DNA of 64,000 nt from positions 5,484-69,483 of the forward strand of contig JAIPHS010000001.1 of assembly GCA_021735105.1 (NCBI GenBank), written 5' to 3'. The translations under genes were made by a program, and so were the position numbers. Source of the stretch: Candidatus Omnitrophota bacterium. GTDB taxonomy: Bacteria; Omnitrophota; Gorgyraeia; Duberdicusellales; 4484-171. The notes under the pieces were generated by a model. That model had not been told where the DNA came from. It did not search any database and saw only the letters and a list, made by a program, of their open reading frames with translations. Shown here one piece after another: positions 27,012-36,355 of the stretch. Each line of letters starts with the position of its first letter. The stretch's first letter is position 1.

Positions 27012-27923
27012 ATGGGTAAGAAAGCGATAATATTTCCGGGGCAAGGATCTCAATATCCTCAGATGGGTTTGAGTTTATACCAAAACTTTCAAGAAGCAAA
27101 GAAAGTTTTTGATCTAGTTGAACGGATTTCCGGAATTAAAATTTCAGAAGCTATATTTAGCGGAGATTCCTCTCAGCTTAAAGATACAGCTATTCAACAA
27201 TTGGCTATTTTAGCAGTTAGTTTAGCAGCTTATGAGCTGTCAAAGCCTCATTTGGGGGATGTTGAATTTGTTTTAGGGTTAAGCTTGGGTGAATATAGTT
27301 GTCTTTATGCCGGAGGAGTTCTTTGCTTAGAAGATCTTATTTTATTGGTTAAAGCAAGGGGCCAAGCTATGCAGAAAGCAGCTAAGGTTAACCCTTCTTC
27401 TATGTTTGCCGTTATTGGAGCCAATCGGGGTGATTTAGAGCCAAAACAAAGAGATTTAGATTTTTATATTTCTAACATGAATGCTCCTTCTCAAATTGTT
27501 ATTTCTACAAAAAAAAAGAATAAAAACGAATTAAAAAATAAATTAGAAAAAGAAGGGTTAAGGGTAATAGAGCTTAAAGTTTCTGGAGGTTTTCACTCTC
27601 CTTTTATGGAACCAGCCAGAGAAGAACTTAAAAAAGTTGTTGCCGATTTTGAATTTTCTGACGCACATATTCCTATTATAAGCAATGTAACCGCCAGTCA
27701 AGATATTAAGTCTGAAAAAATAAAAGAAAATTTACTTAAGCAATTAGTCAGTCCTGTGTTATGGATGGATTCAATAAAATATTTATCAAAAAAAGGTATA
27801 AATAATTTCTATGAAGTTGGCCCTTCAAAGGTATTAAAAGGGCTCTTAAGGAAGATAGACAGAGATTTAAAAGTTATCAATATCGAGAAGAAGGAAGATT
27901 TAGAGAAAATAATTGATAATTGA
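27012..27923 (+). CDS. fabD: Malonyl-CoA-ACP transacylase
   Basis: FPGQGSQ, GLSLGEY, RGQAMQ, VSGGFHS, EVGP. Confidence 0.96.
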   Translation: MGKKAIIFPGQGSQYPQMGLSLYQNFQEAKKVFDLVERISGIKISEAIFSGDSSQLKDTAIQQLAILAVSLAAYELSKPHLGDVEFVLGLSLGEYSCLYAGGVLCLEDLILLVKARGQAMQKAAKVNPSSMFAVIGANRGDLEPKQRDLDFYISNMNAPSQIVISTKKKNKNELKNKLEKEGLRVIELKVSGGFHSPFMEPAREELKKVVADFEFSDAHIPIISNVTASQDIKSEKIKENLLKQLVSPVLWMDSIKYLSKKGINNFYEVGPSKVLKGLLRKIDRDLKVINIEKKEDLEKIIDN

Positions 27924-28001
27924 TAATTGATAATTGATAATTGAGAAAAAAATTATTGAAATAGAATAAATTTTAATTATAAGTTATAAATTATCAATTA
28001 T
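27909..28001. repeat. Heptamer array ATAATTG x5 with a degenerate inverted arm
   Basis: Five perfect ataattg (27909-27943) supply the fabD stop; taattat aagttat aaattat caattat (27974-28001) are complementary units. Confidence 0.85.
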
Positions 28002-28018
28002 GCATTAAAAGGAGGAAT

Positions 28019-28753
28019 ATGGATTTTAAAGATAAAGTAGTGGTAGTTACCGGCGCTGCCAGGGGAATTGGTAAACAAATTGCCTACAGTTTTGCTAAAA
28101 GAAAAGCAAAAGTAGTTTTGTTTGATTTAGACCAGGCTCAGCTTGAAGCTGCAAAAAAAGAGTTATCCGGTATTACCGAGTCTCAATCATATTCGATTGA
28201 TGTTACAAATTATCAGCAATTGTCAAATGTTATAGACAAAGTTATTGACAAGTTTCTAAAGATTGATATATTGGTTAACAATGCCGGGATAACTAAAGAT
28301 AACCTGGCTTTAAGGCTCTCTGAAACAGATTGGGATAAAGTTTTAGAAGTTAATTTAAAAGGCACGTTTTTAACTTCAAAAGCTGTTTTGAAAAGAATGT
28401 TGAAACAGCGGAGTGGAAAAATTATCAATATTTCCTCAATAATTGGTATTATTGGTAATTTTGGCCAATCAAACTATGCAGCTTCCAAGGCGGGTTTAAT
28501 TGGGTTAACAAAATCTCTTTCTAAGGAAGTAGGAGCTAGGGGAATAAATGTAAATGCTGTTGCTCCAGGCTACATTAAGACTAAAATGACTGATGTTCTT
28601 CCTGATAAGGTTAAAGAGGAAATGCTTAAAAGAATTCCTTTAAAGAGGTTTGGTTCAACCGAAGATGTGGCTAATGCAGTATTGTTTTTGTCTTCTCAGT
28701 TAGCAGATTATATAACAGGGCAAGTAGTTGTTGTTGACGGTGGTATGATTTAA
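28019..28753 (+). CDS. fabG: 3-oxoacyl-ACP reductase
   Basis: [26 protein letters not shown]. Confidence 0.96.
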   Translation: MDFKDKVVVVTGAARGIGKQIAYSFAKRKAKVVLFDLDQAQLEAAKKELSGITESQSYSIDVTNYQQLSNVIDKVIDKFLKIDILVNNAGITKDNLALRLSETDWDKVLEVNLKGTFLTSKAVLKRMLKQRSGKIINISSIIGIIGNFGQSNYAASKAGLIGLTKSLSKEVGARGINVNAVAPGYIKTKMTDVLPDKVKEEMLKRIPLKRFGSTEDVANAVLFLSSQLADYITGQVVVVDGGMI

Positions 28754-28769
28754 AAAAAGGAGGTCTTTG

Positions 28770-29000
28770 ATGGCGATTGAAGAGAAAGTAAAGGAAATAA
28801 TTTCAGAACAGCTTGGTGTCAAGAAAGAAGAGATAAAACCGGAAAGTTCTTTCATTGATGATTTAGGCGCGGATTCTTTGGATACAGTAGAAGTTGTTAT
28901 GGCATTGGAAGAAGAGTTTGGCATAGAAATACCTGATGAAGATGCGGAAAAAATTACAAAAGTCGGAGAAGCCATTAAATATATCGAAGAAAAGAAATAA
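28770..29000 (+). CDS. acpP: Acyl carrier protein
   Basis: [11 protein letters not shown]; SD AGGAGG at 28758-28763. Confidence 0.97.
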   Translation: MAIEEKVKEIISEQLGVKKEEIKPESSFIDDLGADSLDTVEVVMALEEEFGIEIPDEDAEKITKVGEAIKYIEEKK

Positions 29001-29015
29001 CAAATTTAATTATAG

Positions 29016-30248
29016 ATGAATAAAGTTGTTGTTACTAGTTGTGGGGTAGTTTCTCCGGTTGGAATAGGCAAAGTTGATTTTTGGGATGCTTTAACCAAGG
29101 GAAGAAGCGGAGTAGGGCCGATTACTCAATTTGATTCTGAGCAATTTGATAGTAAAATTGCTGGTGAGGTTAATGACTTTGATCCTACGACTTTTCTTTT
29201 GCCAAAGGAACAACGGCGAATCCCTCGATTTGTTCAATTTTCTCTTCAAGCCGCACAAGAAGCTATTGATCAAGCTGGAATTGACTTTGAAAAAATTAAT
29301 CCCTATCAAGTCGGGACTATCATTGGCTCAGGCATAGGCAGTCTTGAGACTGTAGAAAAAGAATACAAAGTGCTTTTGGAAAAAGGGCCGCGAAGGCTTT
29401 CTCCTTTTATGATTCCGAGGTTAATTACCAATGAAGCTGCAGGATATGTAGCTATCCGGTTTGGGCTAAAAGGCCCTAACCTCTGTACAGTTACCGCTTG
29501 TGCATCTGGAGCTCATGCTATTGGAGAAGCATATCGGGTTATTAAAGAAGGAAAAGCTAAAGTGATGGTTTGTGGAGGAACTGAGGCTTGTATAGTTCCT
29601 CTTGCTGTAGGTGGTTTTTGTGCTCTTAAGGCTTTGTCTAGGCGCAATGATGATCCAACTAAGGCTAGCCGCCCCTTTGACAAAGACAGGGATGGTTTTA
29701 TTATGGCAGAAGGAGCCGGTATAGTTATTTTAGAAGAAATGGAGCATGCTAAAAAAAGAGGAGCTAAAATTTACGGTGAACTTTCTGGATATGGAAGTAC
29801 TTGTGATGCCTATCATATTACGGCACCTAATCCAAATGGAGAATCTGCAGCTGAGGCAATGAAATCAGCTCTAGCTGAAGCTTCTTTTGACAAACATAAG
29901 CCTATTCATCTTAATACCCACGGTACAAGCACACTATTAAATGATAAAATGGAGACAAAAGCTATTAAATTAGTATTTGGTCAAAAACCCGAAAATTTAG
30001 CAATAAACTCTATAAAATCTATGCTTGGCCATACTTTAGGAGCGGCTGGAGCCATTGAGTTTATTAGTTGTTGTCTTACTTTAGAAAAAAGCGTGATTCC
30101 GCCTACCATAAATTACGAGTATTCCGACCCTGAGTGTGATCTAGATTATACTCCAAATCAAGCTCGAAAATTAGAGGTTGATGCCTGCCTTTCAAATTCT
30201 TTAGGATTCGGAGGCCATAATGCCTCTCTTTTAGTTGAGAAGATATAA
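29016..30248 (+). CDS. fabF: 3-oxoacyl-ACP synthase II
   Basis: TACASG, RPFDKDRDGF, HGTST, KSMLGH, SLGFGGHN. Confidence 0.96.
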   Translation: MNKVVVTSCGVVSPVGIGKVDFWDALTKGRSGVGPITQFDSEQFDSKIAGEVNDFDPTTFLLPKEQRRIPRFVQFSLQAAQEAIDQAGIDFEKINPYQVGTIIGSGIGSLETVEKEYKVLLEKGPRRLSPFMIPRLITNEAAGYVAIRFGLKGPNLCTVTACASGAHAIGEAYRVIKEGKAKVMVCGGTEACIVPLAVGGFCALKALSRRNDDPTKASRPFDKDRDGFIMAEGAGIVILEEMEHAKKRGAKIYGELSGYGSTCDAYHITAPNPNGESAAEAMKSALAEASFDKHKPIHLNTHGTSTLLNDKMETKAIKLVFGQKPENLAINSIKSMLGHTLGAAGAIEFISCCLTLEKSVIPPTINYEYSDPECDLDYTPNQARKLEVDACLSNSLGFGGHNASLLVEKI

Positions 30249-30249
30249 G

Positions 30250-31569
30250 ATGGGTCTAACATTAATTGAAAAAATTTTAAAAAAGAAATCAATCAATAAA
30301 AGATTAGATAATTTTATCTATGCTAAGATTGATTTTTGTTTTGGCAACGATATAACAGCGCCTTTAGCTGCTAAAATATTTGAAAAAGCTAAGTTTAATT
30401 CTGTTTATAATCCTAGAAAGGTAGGATTTTTTTGTGATCATTTTGTGCCGGCTCGTGACCAAAAAGCGGCAAATAATGTGAAAAAATTAAAAGAGTTTGC
30501 GAAGAAATTTAAAATTAAAAATTTTTATGATACCAATACCTGCGGAATAGAACATGTTTTTTTACCGGAAAAAGGGTTAGTCAAAACTGGCGACCTAGTT
30601 ATTGGCGCTGATTCTCATACTTGTACTTATGGGGCCTTAGGAGCAGCAAGTTTTGGGATAGGTTCGACAGATTTAGCTGCCGCTATCAAAGAAGGAACTT
30701 GTTGGTTTAGGAAACCTGAAACTATTAAATTTGTCTATTCAGGCAAAATTCCTCAATGGTTTACCGGTAAAGATTTAATCCTTTATACTATAGGCAAAAT
30801 AGGAGTAAGCGGAGCGCTTTATAAAGTTATGGAATTTGGAGGGCCTGTGATTAGAGCTTTGGGGATGGAAGATAGGTTTACTATCTGTAACATGGCGATA
30901 GAAGCTGGCGCTCAAACTGGAATAATTGAACCTGACAAAAAAACTGTTAAATTTATAAAAAAGGTAAATCCCCGTATAAAAAAGGTGCCATTGATTAAAA
31001 GTGATAAAGATGCAAATTATTATAAAGTTATGAAGTTCGATATCTCTTTGCTAAAACCCCAAATCGCTTGTCCTCATTTGCCTAGTAATGTAGTAGATGT
31101 GGATAAGTTGAAAAAAGTAAGTTTAGATCAAGTTGTTATTGGATCTTGCACAAATGGGCGTCTTAAGGATTTAGGCCAAGCCGCAGAGGCATTAAAAGGA
31201 AAAACAATTAAAAAAGGCTTAAGGGCTATTGTTATTCCAGGTTCTCATAAGGTTTATGGCCAGGCTTTCAAAAAAGGTTATCTAGATATTTTTCATAAAG
31301 CAGGTTTTATGGTTTCTCCGCCCACTTGCGGGCCTTGTTTAGGAGGCCACACCGGTATTTTAGATAAGGGCGAAGTTGCTCTTGCTACAACTAATAGGAA
31401 TTTTATTGGACGGATGGGGCATCCGGAAAGTTTTGTTTATCTGTCTAATCCAGCGGTAGCTGCGGCAAGCAGTATTACCGGTAAAATCACCCATCCCGCA
31501 GAAATTGTTAAGAAGGTACCGATGGATGAAAGACGAAGGATGAAAGGACGAAGGCGTCTGTCGTCTTAG
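30250..31569 (+). CDS. leuC: 3-isopropylmalate dehydratase large subunit (homoaconitase-like subfamily)
   Basis: GADSHTCTYGA, GSCTNGR, CGPCLG, TTNRNFIGRMG; ATG 30250; C-terminus extended by repeat DNA. Confidence 0.93.
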   Translation: MGLTLIEKILKKKSINKRLDNFIYAKIDFCFGNDITAPLAAKIFEKAKFNSVYNPRKVGFFCDHFVPARDQKAANNVKKLKEFAKKFKIKNFYDTNTCGIEHVFLPEKGLVKTGDLVIGADSHTCTYGALGAASFGIGSTDLAAAIKEGTCWFRKPETIKFVYSGKIPQWFTGKDLILYTIGKIGVSGALYKVMEFGGPVIRALGMEDRFTICNMAIEAGAQTGIIEPDKKTVKFIKKVNPRIKKVPLIKSDKDANYYKVMKFDISLLKPQIACPHLPSNVVDVDKLKKVSLDQVVIGSCTNGRLKDLGQAAEALKGKTIKKGLRAIVIPGSHKVYGQAFKKGYLDIFHKAGFMVSPPTCGPCLGGHTGILDKGEVALATTNRNFIGRMGHPESFVYLSNPAVAAASSITGKITHPAEIVKKVPMDERRRMKGRRRLSS

Positions 31570-31643
31570 CGAAGGCCTTCGACTTGGCTCAGGCCGAGTC
31601 CTGAGTAGTATCAAAGGGAGAAGCGATTGTCTATCGTCCCTCG
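31521..31643. repeat. Composite repeat: GAAGGAY-type heptamers, inverted CGTCY arm and nested REP-like palindrome
   Basis: gatggat gaaagac gaaggat gaaaggac; cgtctgt cgtctta ... tgtctat cgtccct; internal ccttcgacttggctcagg...cctgagtagtatcaaaggg (31576-31618). Confidence 0.75.
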
Positions 31644-31660
31644 GAATGAGGTTACAAACT

Positions 31661-32161
31661 ATGGTTATTAAAGGTAGAGTTCATAAATTAGGCAAAGATG
31701 TAAATACCGACGATATTATTGCTGCTAAATATTTAGACTCGCAAGATTCTAAATTTTTAGGTTCTAAGTGCATGGAAAATATTGACCCTCAATTTTCCAA
31801 GCGGGTAAAAAAGGGTGATATTATTGTAGCCGGGGAAAACTTTGGTTGTGGTTCTTCACGAGAACATGCACCGGTCGCGATTAAAGGTTGCGGGATTTCT
31901 TTAGTTATAGCAAAAAGCTTTGCCAGGATTTTTTTTCGTAATGCTATTAATATTGGTTTACCAATTATAGAATTAACGGATATAGAAAAAATTAAAACAG
32001 GCAACTTGCTTAAAGTTGATTTGGCTAAAGGGTTGATTATAAATAAGAGAAAAAATGAAAATTTTTCCACAAAGTCATTTCCTCAATTTTTACAAAAAAT
32101 TATAGCAAAAGGCGGGCTTATAAATTGGCTAAAAGATAAAAAAGGAGATAAAAATGTTTAA
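31661..32161 (+). CDS. leuD: 3-isopropylmalate dehydratase small subunit
   Basis: DVNTDDII, GENFGCGSSREHA, SFARIFFRNAINIGLP; ATG 31661 with SD GAGG. Confidence 0.95.
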   Translation: MVIKGRVHKLGKDVNTDDIIAAKYLDSQDSKFLGSKCMENIDPQFSKRVKKGDIIVAGENFGCGSSREHAPVAIKGCGISLVIAKSFARIFFRNAINIGLPIIELTDIEKIKTGNLLKVDLAKGLIINKRKNENFSTKSFPQFLQKIIAKGGLINWLKDKKGDKNV

Positions 32162-33221
32162 AAAGTATAAAATTGCAACAATCGGAGGAGACGGTACAGG
32201 GCCCGAAGCAGTAAAAGAAGGCTTAAAAGTATTAGCAGCAGTTTCTGATAAATATAAAATTGATTATGAAACTGTAGATTATGATTTTGGCGGCAAAAGG
32301 TTTTTAGATACAGGGGAAATTTTGCCGGATTCTGCTATAGATGAACTAAAGAGTTTTGATGCTATATATTTAGGGGCAATAGGGCATCCTGATGTAGAGC
32401 CGGGGATTCTAGAGAAAGGTATTTTATTGCGGCTTCGCTTTGAGCTTGATCAGTATATTAATCTAAGGCCGGTTGTTCTATATGATAAGAAGTATTGCCC
32501 TTTAAATCTAGGCCAAGATCAAAAAATTAATTTTACAGTAGTTAGGGAAAACACAGAAGGCCTTTATTGTGGAGCCGGCGGGTTTTTACGTAAAGGCAGT
32601 GTTGATGAGGTTGCAATTCAAGAAAGTATTAATTCTTATAAAGGAATAGAGCGCTGCATAAGGTATGCTTTTGAATATACAAAGAAGGTAAATAGAGAAA
32701 AAAAGCTTACTCTTTGCGGAAAAACTAATGTTTTAACTTATGTTTTTTCACTTTGGCAGAGGGTGTTTAATAAGGTCGCAAAAGAATATCCTGAAATAAA
32801 AACCGATTATGCTCATGTTGACGCAACTTGTATGTGGATGGTTAAAAACCCTGAATGGTTTGATGTAATTGTTACCGATAATATGTTTGGAGATATAATA
32901 ACTGACTTGGGTGCAATGATTCAAGGCGGCATGGGAATAGCTGCCGGAGGCAATATTAATCCTCAAGGAGTTAGTATGTTTGAGCCAATTGGAGGCAGTG
33001 CTCCTAAATATACCGGTAAGAATGTGATAAATCCTTTAGCTGCAATATGTGCAATTTCGATGTTGCTTAATCAAATTGGCCAAGAGCAAGCTGCTAAAGC
33101 AGTTGAAAGTTCAGTAGTGAAAATTGTAAAAGAAAAGCTCAAATCTTTAGGAGCAGGAAGAATGGGATACTCAACCTCTGAAGTTGGCGATTTAGTTGTG
33201 AAAGAGATAATTGATAAATGA
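32154..33221 (+). CDS. leuB: 3-isopropylmalate dehydrogenase
   Basis: [37 protein letters not shown]; position after leuCD. Confidence 0.92.
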   Translation: MFKKYKIATIGGDGTGPEAVKEGLKVLAAVSDKYKIDYETVDYDFGGKRFLDTGEILPDSAIDELKSFDAIYLGAIGHPDVEPGILEKGILLRLRFELDQYINLRPVVLYDKKYCPLNLGQDQKINFTVVRENTEGLYCGAGGFLRKGSVDEVAIQESINSYKGIERCIRYAFEYTKKVNREKKLTLCGKTNVLTYVFSLWQRVFNKVAKEYPEIKTDYAHVDATCMWMVKNPEWFDVIVTDNMFGDIITDLGAMIQGGMGIAAGGNINPQGVSMFEPIGGSAPKYTGKNVINPLAAICAISMLLNQIGQEQAAKAVESSVVKIVKEKLKSLGAGRMGYSTSEVGDLVVKEIIDK

Positions 33222-33234
33222 TAATTGATAAATA
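33207..33234 (+). repeat. Heptamer array ATAAWTG x4 over the leuB stop
   Basis: ataattg ataaatg ataattg ataaata; same unit as at the fabD end. Confidence 0.7.
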
Positions 33235-33252
33235 AGGAGAAAGATTTAAGGT

Positions 33253-34278
33253 ATGGGGAAGAACGTAGCAGTTGTTGGCGTAGGAGCAGTAGGAATTGAA
33301 ATATTGAAAATTTTAAAAGAAAGAGAGTTTCCTGCTGATAAGATAAGGATTTTTGCTCGGACCAGCCGAGAAATTGAACTAGATAACCAAACCTATCAAG
33401 TTGAGGCTATAGACGAAGAAAATTTTGACAATATTGACATTGCTCTTTTCGCTGGGACCGAAGGAGAGAAGGGAGCAAGTGTTCAATATGCGCACAAATT
33501 TATAGAAAAAGGTGCCGTGGTAATTGATAATGGCAAGGATTTTCGCCTCCAGGAAAATGTACCTTTGGTAGTACCTGAAGTTAATAAAGATAAAATTTCT
33601 TTTAATCAAGGGCTTATTGCTAATCCAAATTGCACTACAATCCAGATGGTTGTAGCTTTAGGGCAAATATTTAAAAACTTTGGTTTAGATAAAATAATTA
33701 TGACTAGTCTTCAGGCAACTAGCGGCGGAGGGCGCAGCTCGGCCCAATCTCTTTGGGATGAAACTAAATATATTGTAGAAAAAAATAAAGATAAGAAATA
33801 TTTTTCTCAAATAAATAAAGATAGAGACGACATCAAAAGCAGCTTTGCAAACCAGATAGCCTTTAATGCGATACCTCAGATTGGCGGGTTTAACCAAGAC
33901 GGATTTACCGGAGAAGAGCAAAAAGTTATTGATGAAACCCATAAAATCTACGGAAATAATAAAATTGAAATATCTGCTACTTGTATACGTATTCCAGTAT
34001 TTACATCACATTCAGAATCTATCTATTTTAAAACCAGCCAGTCAACAGATTTAGAACAGTTAAAAAAAGTTTTAAATGGCTCTGAGGGGGTTGTTTTTTT
34101 TGATGATTGTTCTAACTATCCTCTTGCTTTAGGCGCAGAAGGCAAAGATTCTGTTTATCTGGGAAGATTACGGTGTGATCCCAGTCAAGAAAATAGTTTT
34201 TGGCTCTGGGCTGTTTCAGATAATTTGCGTAAAGGCGCGGCGCTTAACGCGGTTCAAATTGCCGAAAACCTGCTCTAG
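33253..34278 (+). CDS. asd: Aspartate-semialdehyde dehydrogenase
   Basis: VPLVVPEVN, IANPNCTT, TCIRIPV, DNLRKGAALNAVQIAE. Confidence 0.96.
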   Translation: MGKNVAVVGVGAVGIEILKILKEREFPADKIRIFARTSREIELDNQTYQVEAIDEENFDNIDIALFAGTEGEKGASVQYAHKFIEKGAVVIDNGKDFRLQENVPLVVPEVNKDKISFNQGLIANPNCTTIQMVVALGQIFKNFGLDKIIMTSLQATSGGGRSSAQSLWDETKYIVEKNKDKKYFSQINKDRDDIKSSFANQIAFNAIPQIGGFNQDGFTGEEQKVIDETHKIYGNNKIEISATCIRIPVFTSHSESIYFKTSQSTDLEQLKKVLNGSEGVVFFDDCSNYPLALGAEGKDSVYLGRLRCDPSQENSFWLWAVSDNLRKGAALNAVQIAENLL

Positions 34279-34282
34279 CAGA

Positions 34283-34444
34283 GGGGACGGTCCTTATCCT
34301 TGTAAGTCTTTTATCTATAATTACTTATGAAAAAAATAAAATTACTATAATTCAATAAAGATAAAACGCTGTGTGTTTATTTAGAAAATATTATTTTTAT
34401 AACTTGTTGAGGAGTAATTAATTAAAAAGGTAAGGACTGTCCCC
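34283..34444. mobile_element. MITE-like non-coding element with terminal inverted repeats
   Basis: Left end ggggacggtccttatcctt; right end aaggtaaggactgtcccc (reverse complement ggggacagtccttacctt); 162 bp with an AT-rich interior. Confidence 0.65.
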
Positions 34445-34446
34445 GT

Positions 34447-35196
34447 ATGGAAAAGAATATTTTTTTTGAGATAGAATATGTAGGAACTAATTATTTTGGG
34501 TTTCAGGTTCAGAATAAAGAAAATAAAAAAGAAGTAACTATTCAAAGTATTTTTGAAAAAGTTTTATCTAAACTTTTTTGTCAATCAATAAAAATTAATG
34601 CTTCAGGAAGGACTGATCGAGGTGTTCATGCTAAAGCTCATCCCTTAAATTTTAAAGTTAATACGGAGATACCTTTAAAAAATATAAAGAAAGCGATAAA
34701 TTCTTTTTTACCTTCAGACATAAGAGTAAAAAAAGTTAAATTAGTAGCTCTAGATTTTCATAGTCGATTTAGTGCAAAATCAAAAATCTATCGTTATATT
34801 ATTTTAAATCAAAAAGAATTTTCTGTTTTCTGGTCTAAATTTTCTTGGCATTTTGCCAAACAATTAAATATAGGCTTGATGCGCCAAGCTGGAGAAAAGT
34901 TAATCGGGCTAAAGGATTTTTATATTTTTACTAAAGAGACTAAAAAATATAGGAATTGTGTGCGAAATTTAAAAAAAATATCTATAAATAAGAAAAGAAA
35001 TTTTATTTATATAGACATAGAGGCAAATGGTTTTTTGTATCAGATGGCCAGAAATATAGTTTATTTCTTAACTGATGTTGGCAGTAAAAAAATTACTATA
35101 AACCAAATAGAGGGTATTCTATCACGAAAAATTAAATTTATAAAAAAACCTGCTCCTTCTTGGGGCCTTTATCTTAAGCAGGTTAAATATCAATAA
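34447..35196 (+). CDS. truA: tRNA pseudouridine(38-40) synthase
   Basis: EYVGTNYFGFQ, SGRTDRGVHA, FHSRF, ANGFLYQMAR. Confidence 0.96.
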   Translation: MEKNIFFEIEYVGTNYFGFQVQNKENKKEVTIQSIFEKVLSKLFCQSIKINASGRTDRGVHAKAHPLNFKVNTEIPLKNIKKAINSFLPSDIRVKKVKLVALDFHSRFSAKSKIYRYIILNQKEFSVFWSKFSWHFAKQLNIGLMRQAGEKLIGLKDFYIFTKETKKYRNCVRNLKKISINKKRNFIYIDIEANGFLYQMARNIVYFLTDVGSKKITINQIEGILSRKIKFIKKPAPSWGLYLKQVKYQ

Positions 35197-35224
35197 GCAT
35201 TTGGCTAGATTTTTTTCTTCTCTA

Positions 35225-35233
35225 TGGTATAAT
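35225..35233 (+). promoter_or_regulatory. Extended -10 promoter
   Basis: TGgTATAAT, 8 nt upstream of the ATG at 35242. Confidence 0.5.
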
Positions 35234-35241
35234 TTTTATTT

Positions 35242-35724
35242 ATGAAAAAAAGAATTTTATATATTTTTTTATTAGTAATTTTAGCCTTAAATAGTGGTTG
35301 CCATTCCTTGCGCAAAAAATTTATCCGTAAAAAAGATAAAAAAGAGGTGCCGGTTTATATAACTGCTAAGGAATATCCTGATAAGCCTACTCGTGATATC
35401 TATATTGATTATTGTCTTTATACCAAGGGATGGCTAGGGGAATTAATTAAGGCGTTACGTAAAGGAATAAGTTATAAGCGTCAAAGATATGCAATAAGTG
35501 AGGCGATAATGAACTTAGAGCAAATAATTTCTTTTTTTAATCAAAAAGGAAAAGAAAATATAGAATCTTTATATCAAAAACTTCAGCAAATACAAGCTGA
35601 AATCAAACGAGCTCCTAATTTAAGCCGGATCAAAAGAGATTCTCTTATTCGTAAAATTTCAAGGATTAAGAGAGATTTTGATTCTAATTATACCTATACT
35701 GATGTAGAAGAATGGTTAAATTAG
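35242..35724 (+). CDS. Hypothetical protein, probable lipoprotein
   Basis: Basic N-terminus, hydrophobic stretch and lipobox-like NSGC; rest appears helical; overlaps the next gene. Confidence 0.7.
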   Translation: MKKRILYIFLLVILALNSGCHSLRKKFIRKKDKKEVPVYITAKEYPDKPTRDIYIDYCLYTKGWLGELIKALRKGISYKRQRYAISEAIMNLEQIISFFNQKGKENIESLYQKLQQIQAEIKRAPNLSRIKRDSLIRKISRIKRDFDSNYTYTDVEEWLN

Positions 35725-36326
35725 ATTTAAAGGTTTTTCCTTCTGGGCCGCTGGATACAAATAACTATCTTCTTTTTAATAAGCAATCCAGGAAAGCATG
35801 TATTATTGATCTTTCCTCGTCTTCCGGCCAATTGTTTGATTTTCTTAGAAAAGAGAAAATAAAAGTTGATTTTGTGCTTTTAACTCACGCTCATTTTGAT
35901 CATATTGGTGGGTTAAGAAATACCGATTTTCCTTTTTATCTTCATAAAAAAGATCTTGTGTTGCTTTCGGATCCTGAAAAAAATGGTTCTTTTTTCTTTA
36001 CTGATCTTATAGCTGTAGAAAGAAAACCGCATATTTATAAAGAGAGCTTAAATTTTTCTGGCTTAAAGATTGACGTAATCCATACTCCCGGCCACACCCC
36101 AGGATCAGTTTCGTTAAAATTAGATAATTGGCTTTTTAGCGGAGATACGCTTTTTCGTCAAGCCATAGGCCGTACAGATATTCCTTTAGCTTCCGGAGAA
36201 GAGTTGATCAAATCAATTAAAGAGAAAATATTAATTTTACCTAATGAAACTATAGTTTATCCCGGCCATGGTCCTAGCACGATTTTGGGGCAGGAAAAAG
36301 AAACCAATTCCTTTTTAGTCATTTGA
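35712..36326 (+). CDS. MBL-fold metallo-hydrolase (glyoxalase II-like)
   Basis: THAHFDHIG, HTPGHTPG, FSGDTLF, GRTD, YPGHG. Confidence 0.92.
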   Translation: MVKLDLKVFPSGPLDTNNYLLFNKQSRKACIIDLSSSSGQLFDFLRKEKIKVDFVLLTHAHFDHIGGLRNTDFPFYLHKKDLVLLSDPEKNGSFFFTDLIAVERKPHIYKESLNFSGLKIDVIHTPGHTPGSVSLKLDNWLFSGDTLFRQAIGRTDIPLASGEELIKSIKEKILILPNETIVYPGHGPSTILGQEKETNSFLVI

Positions 36327-36355
36327 AATTATTTAATGATTTGGATTTATAATTT

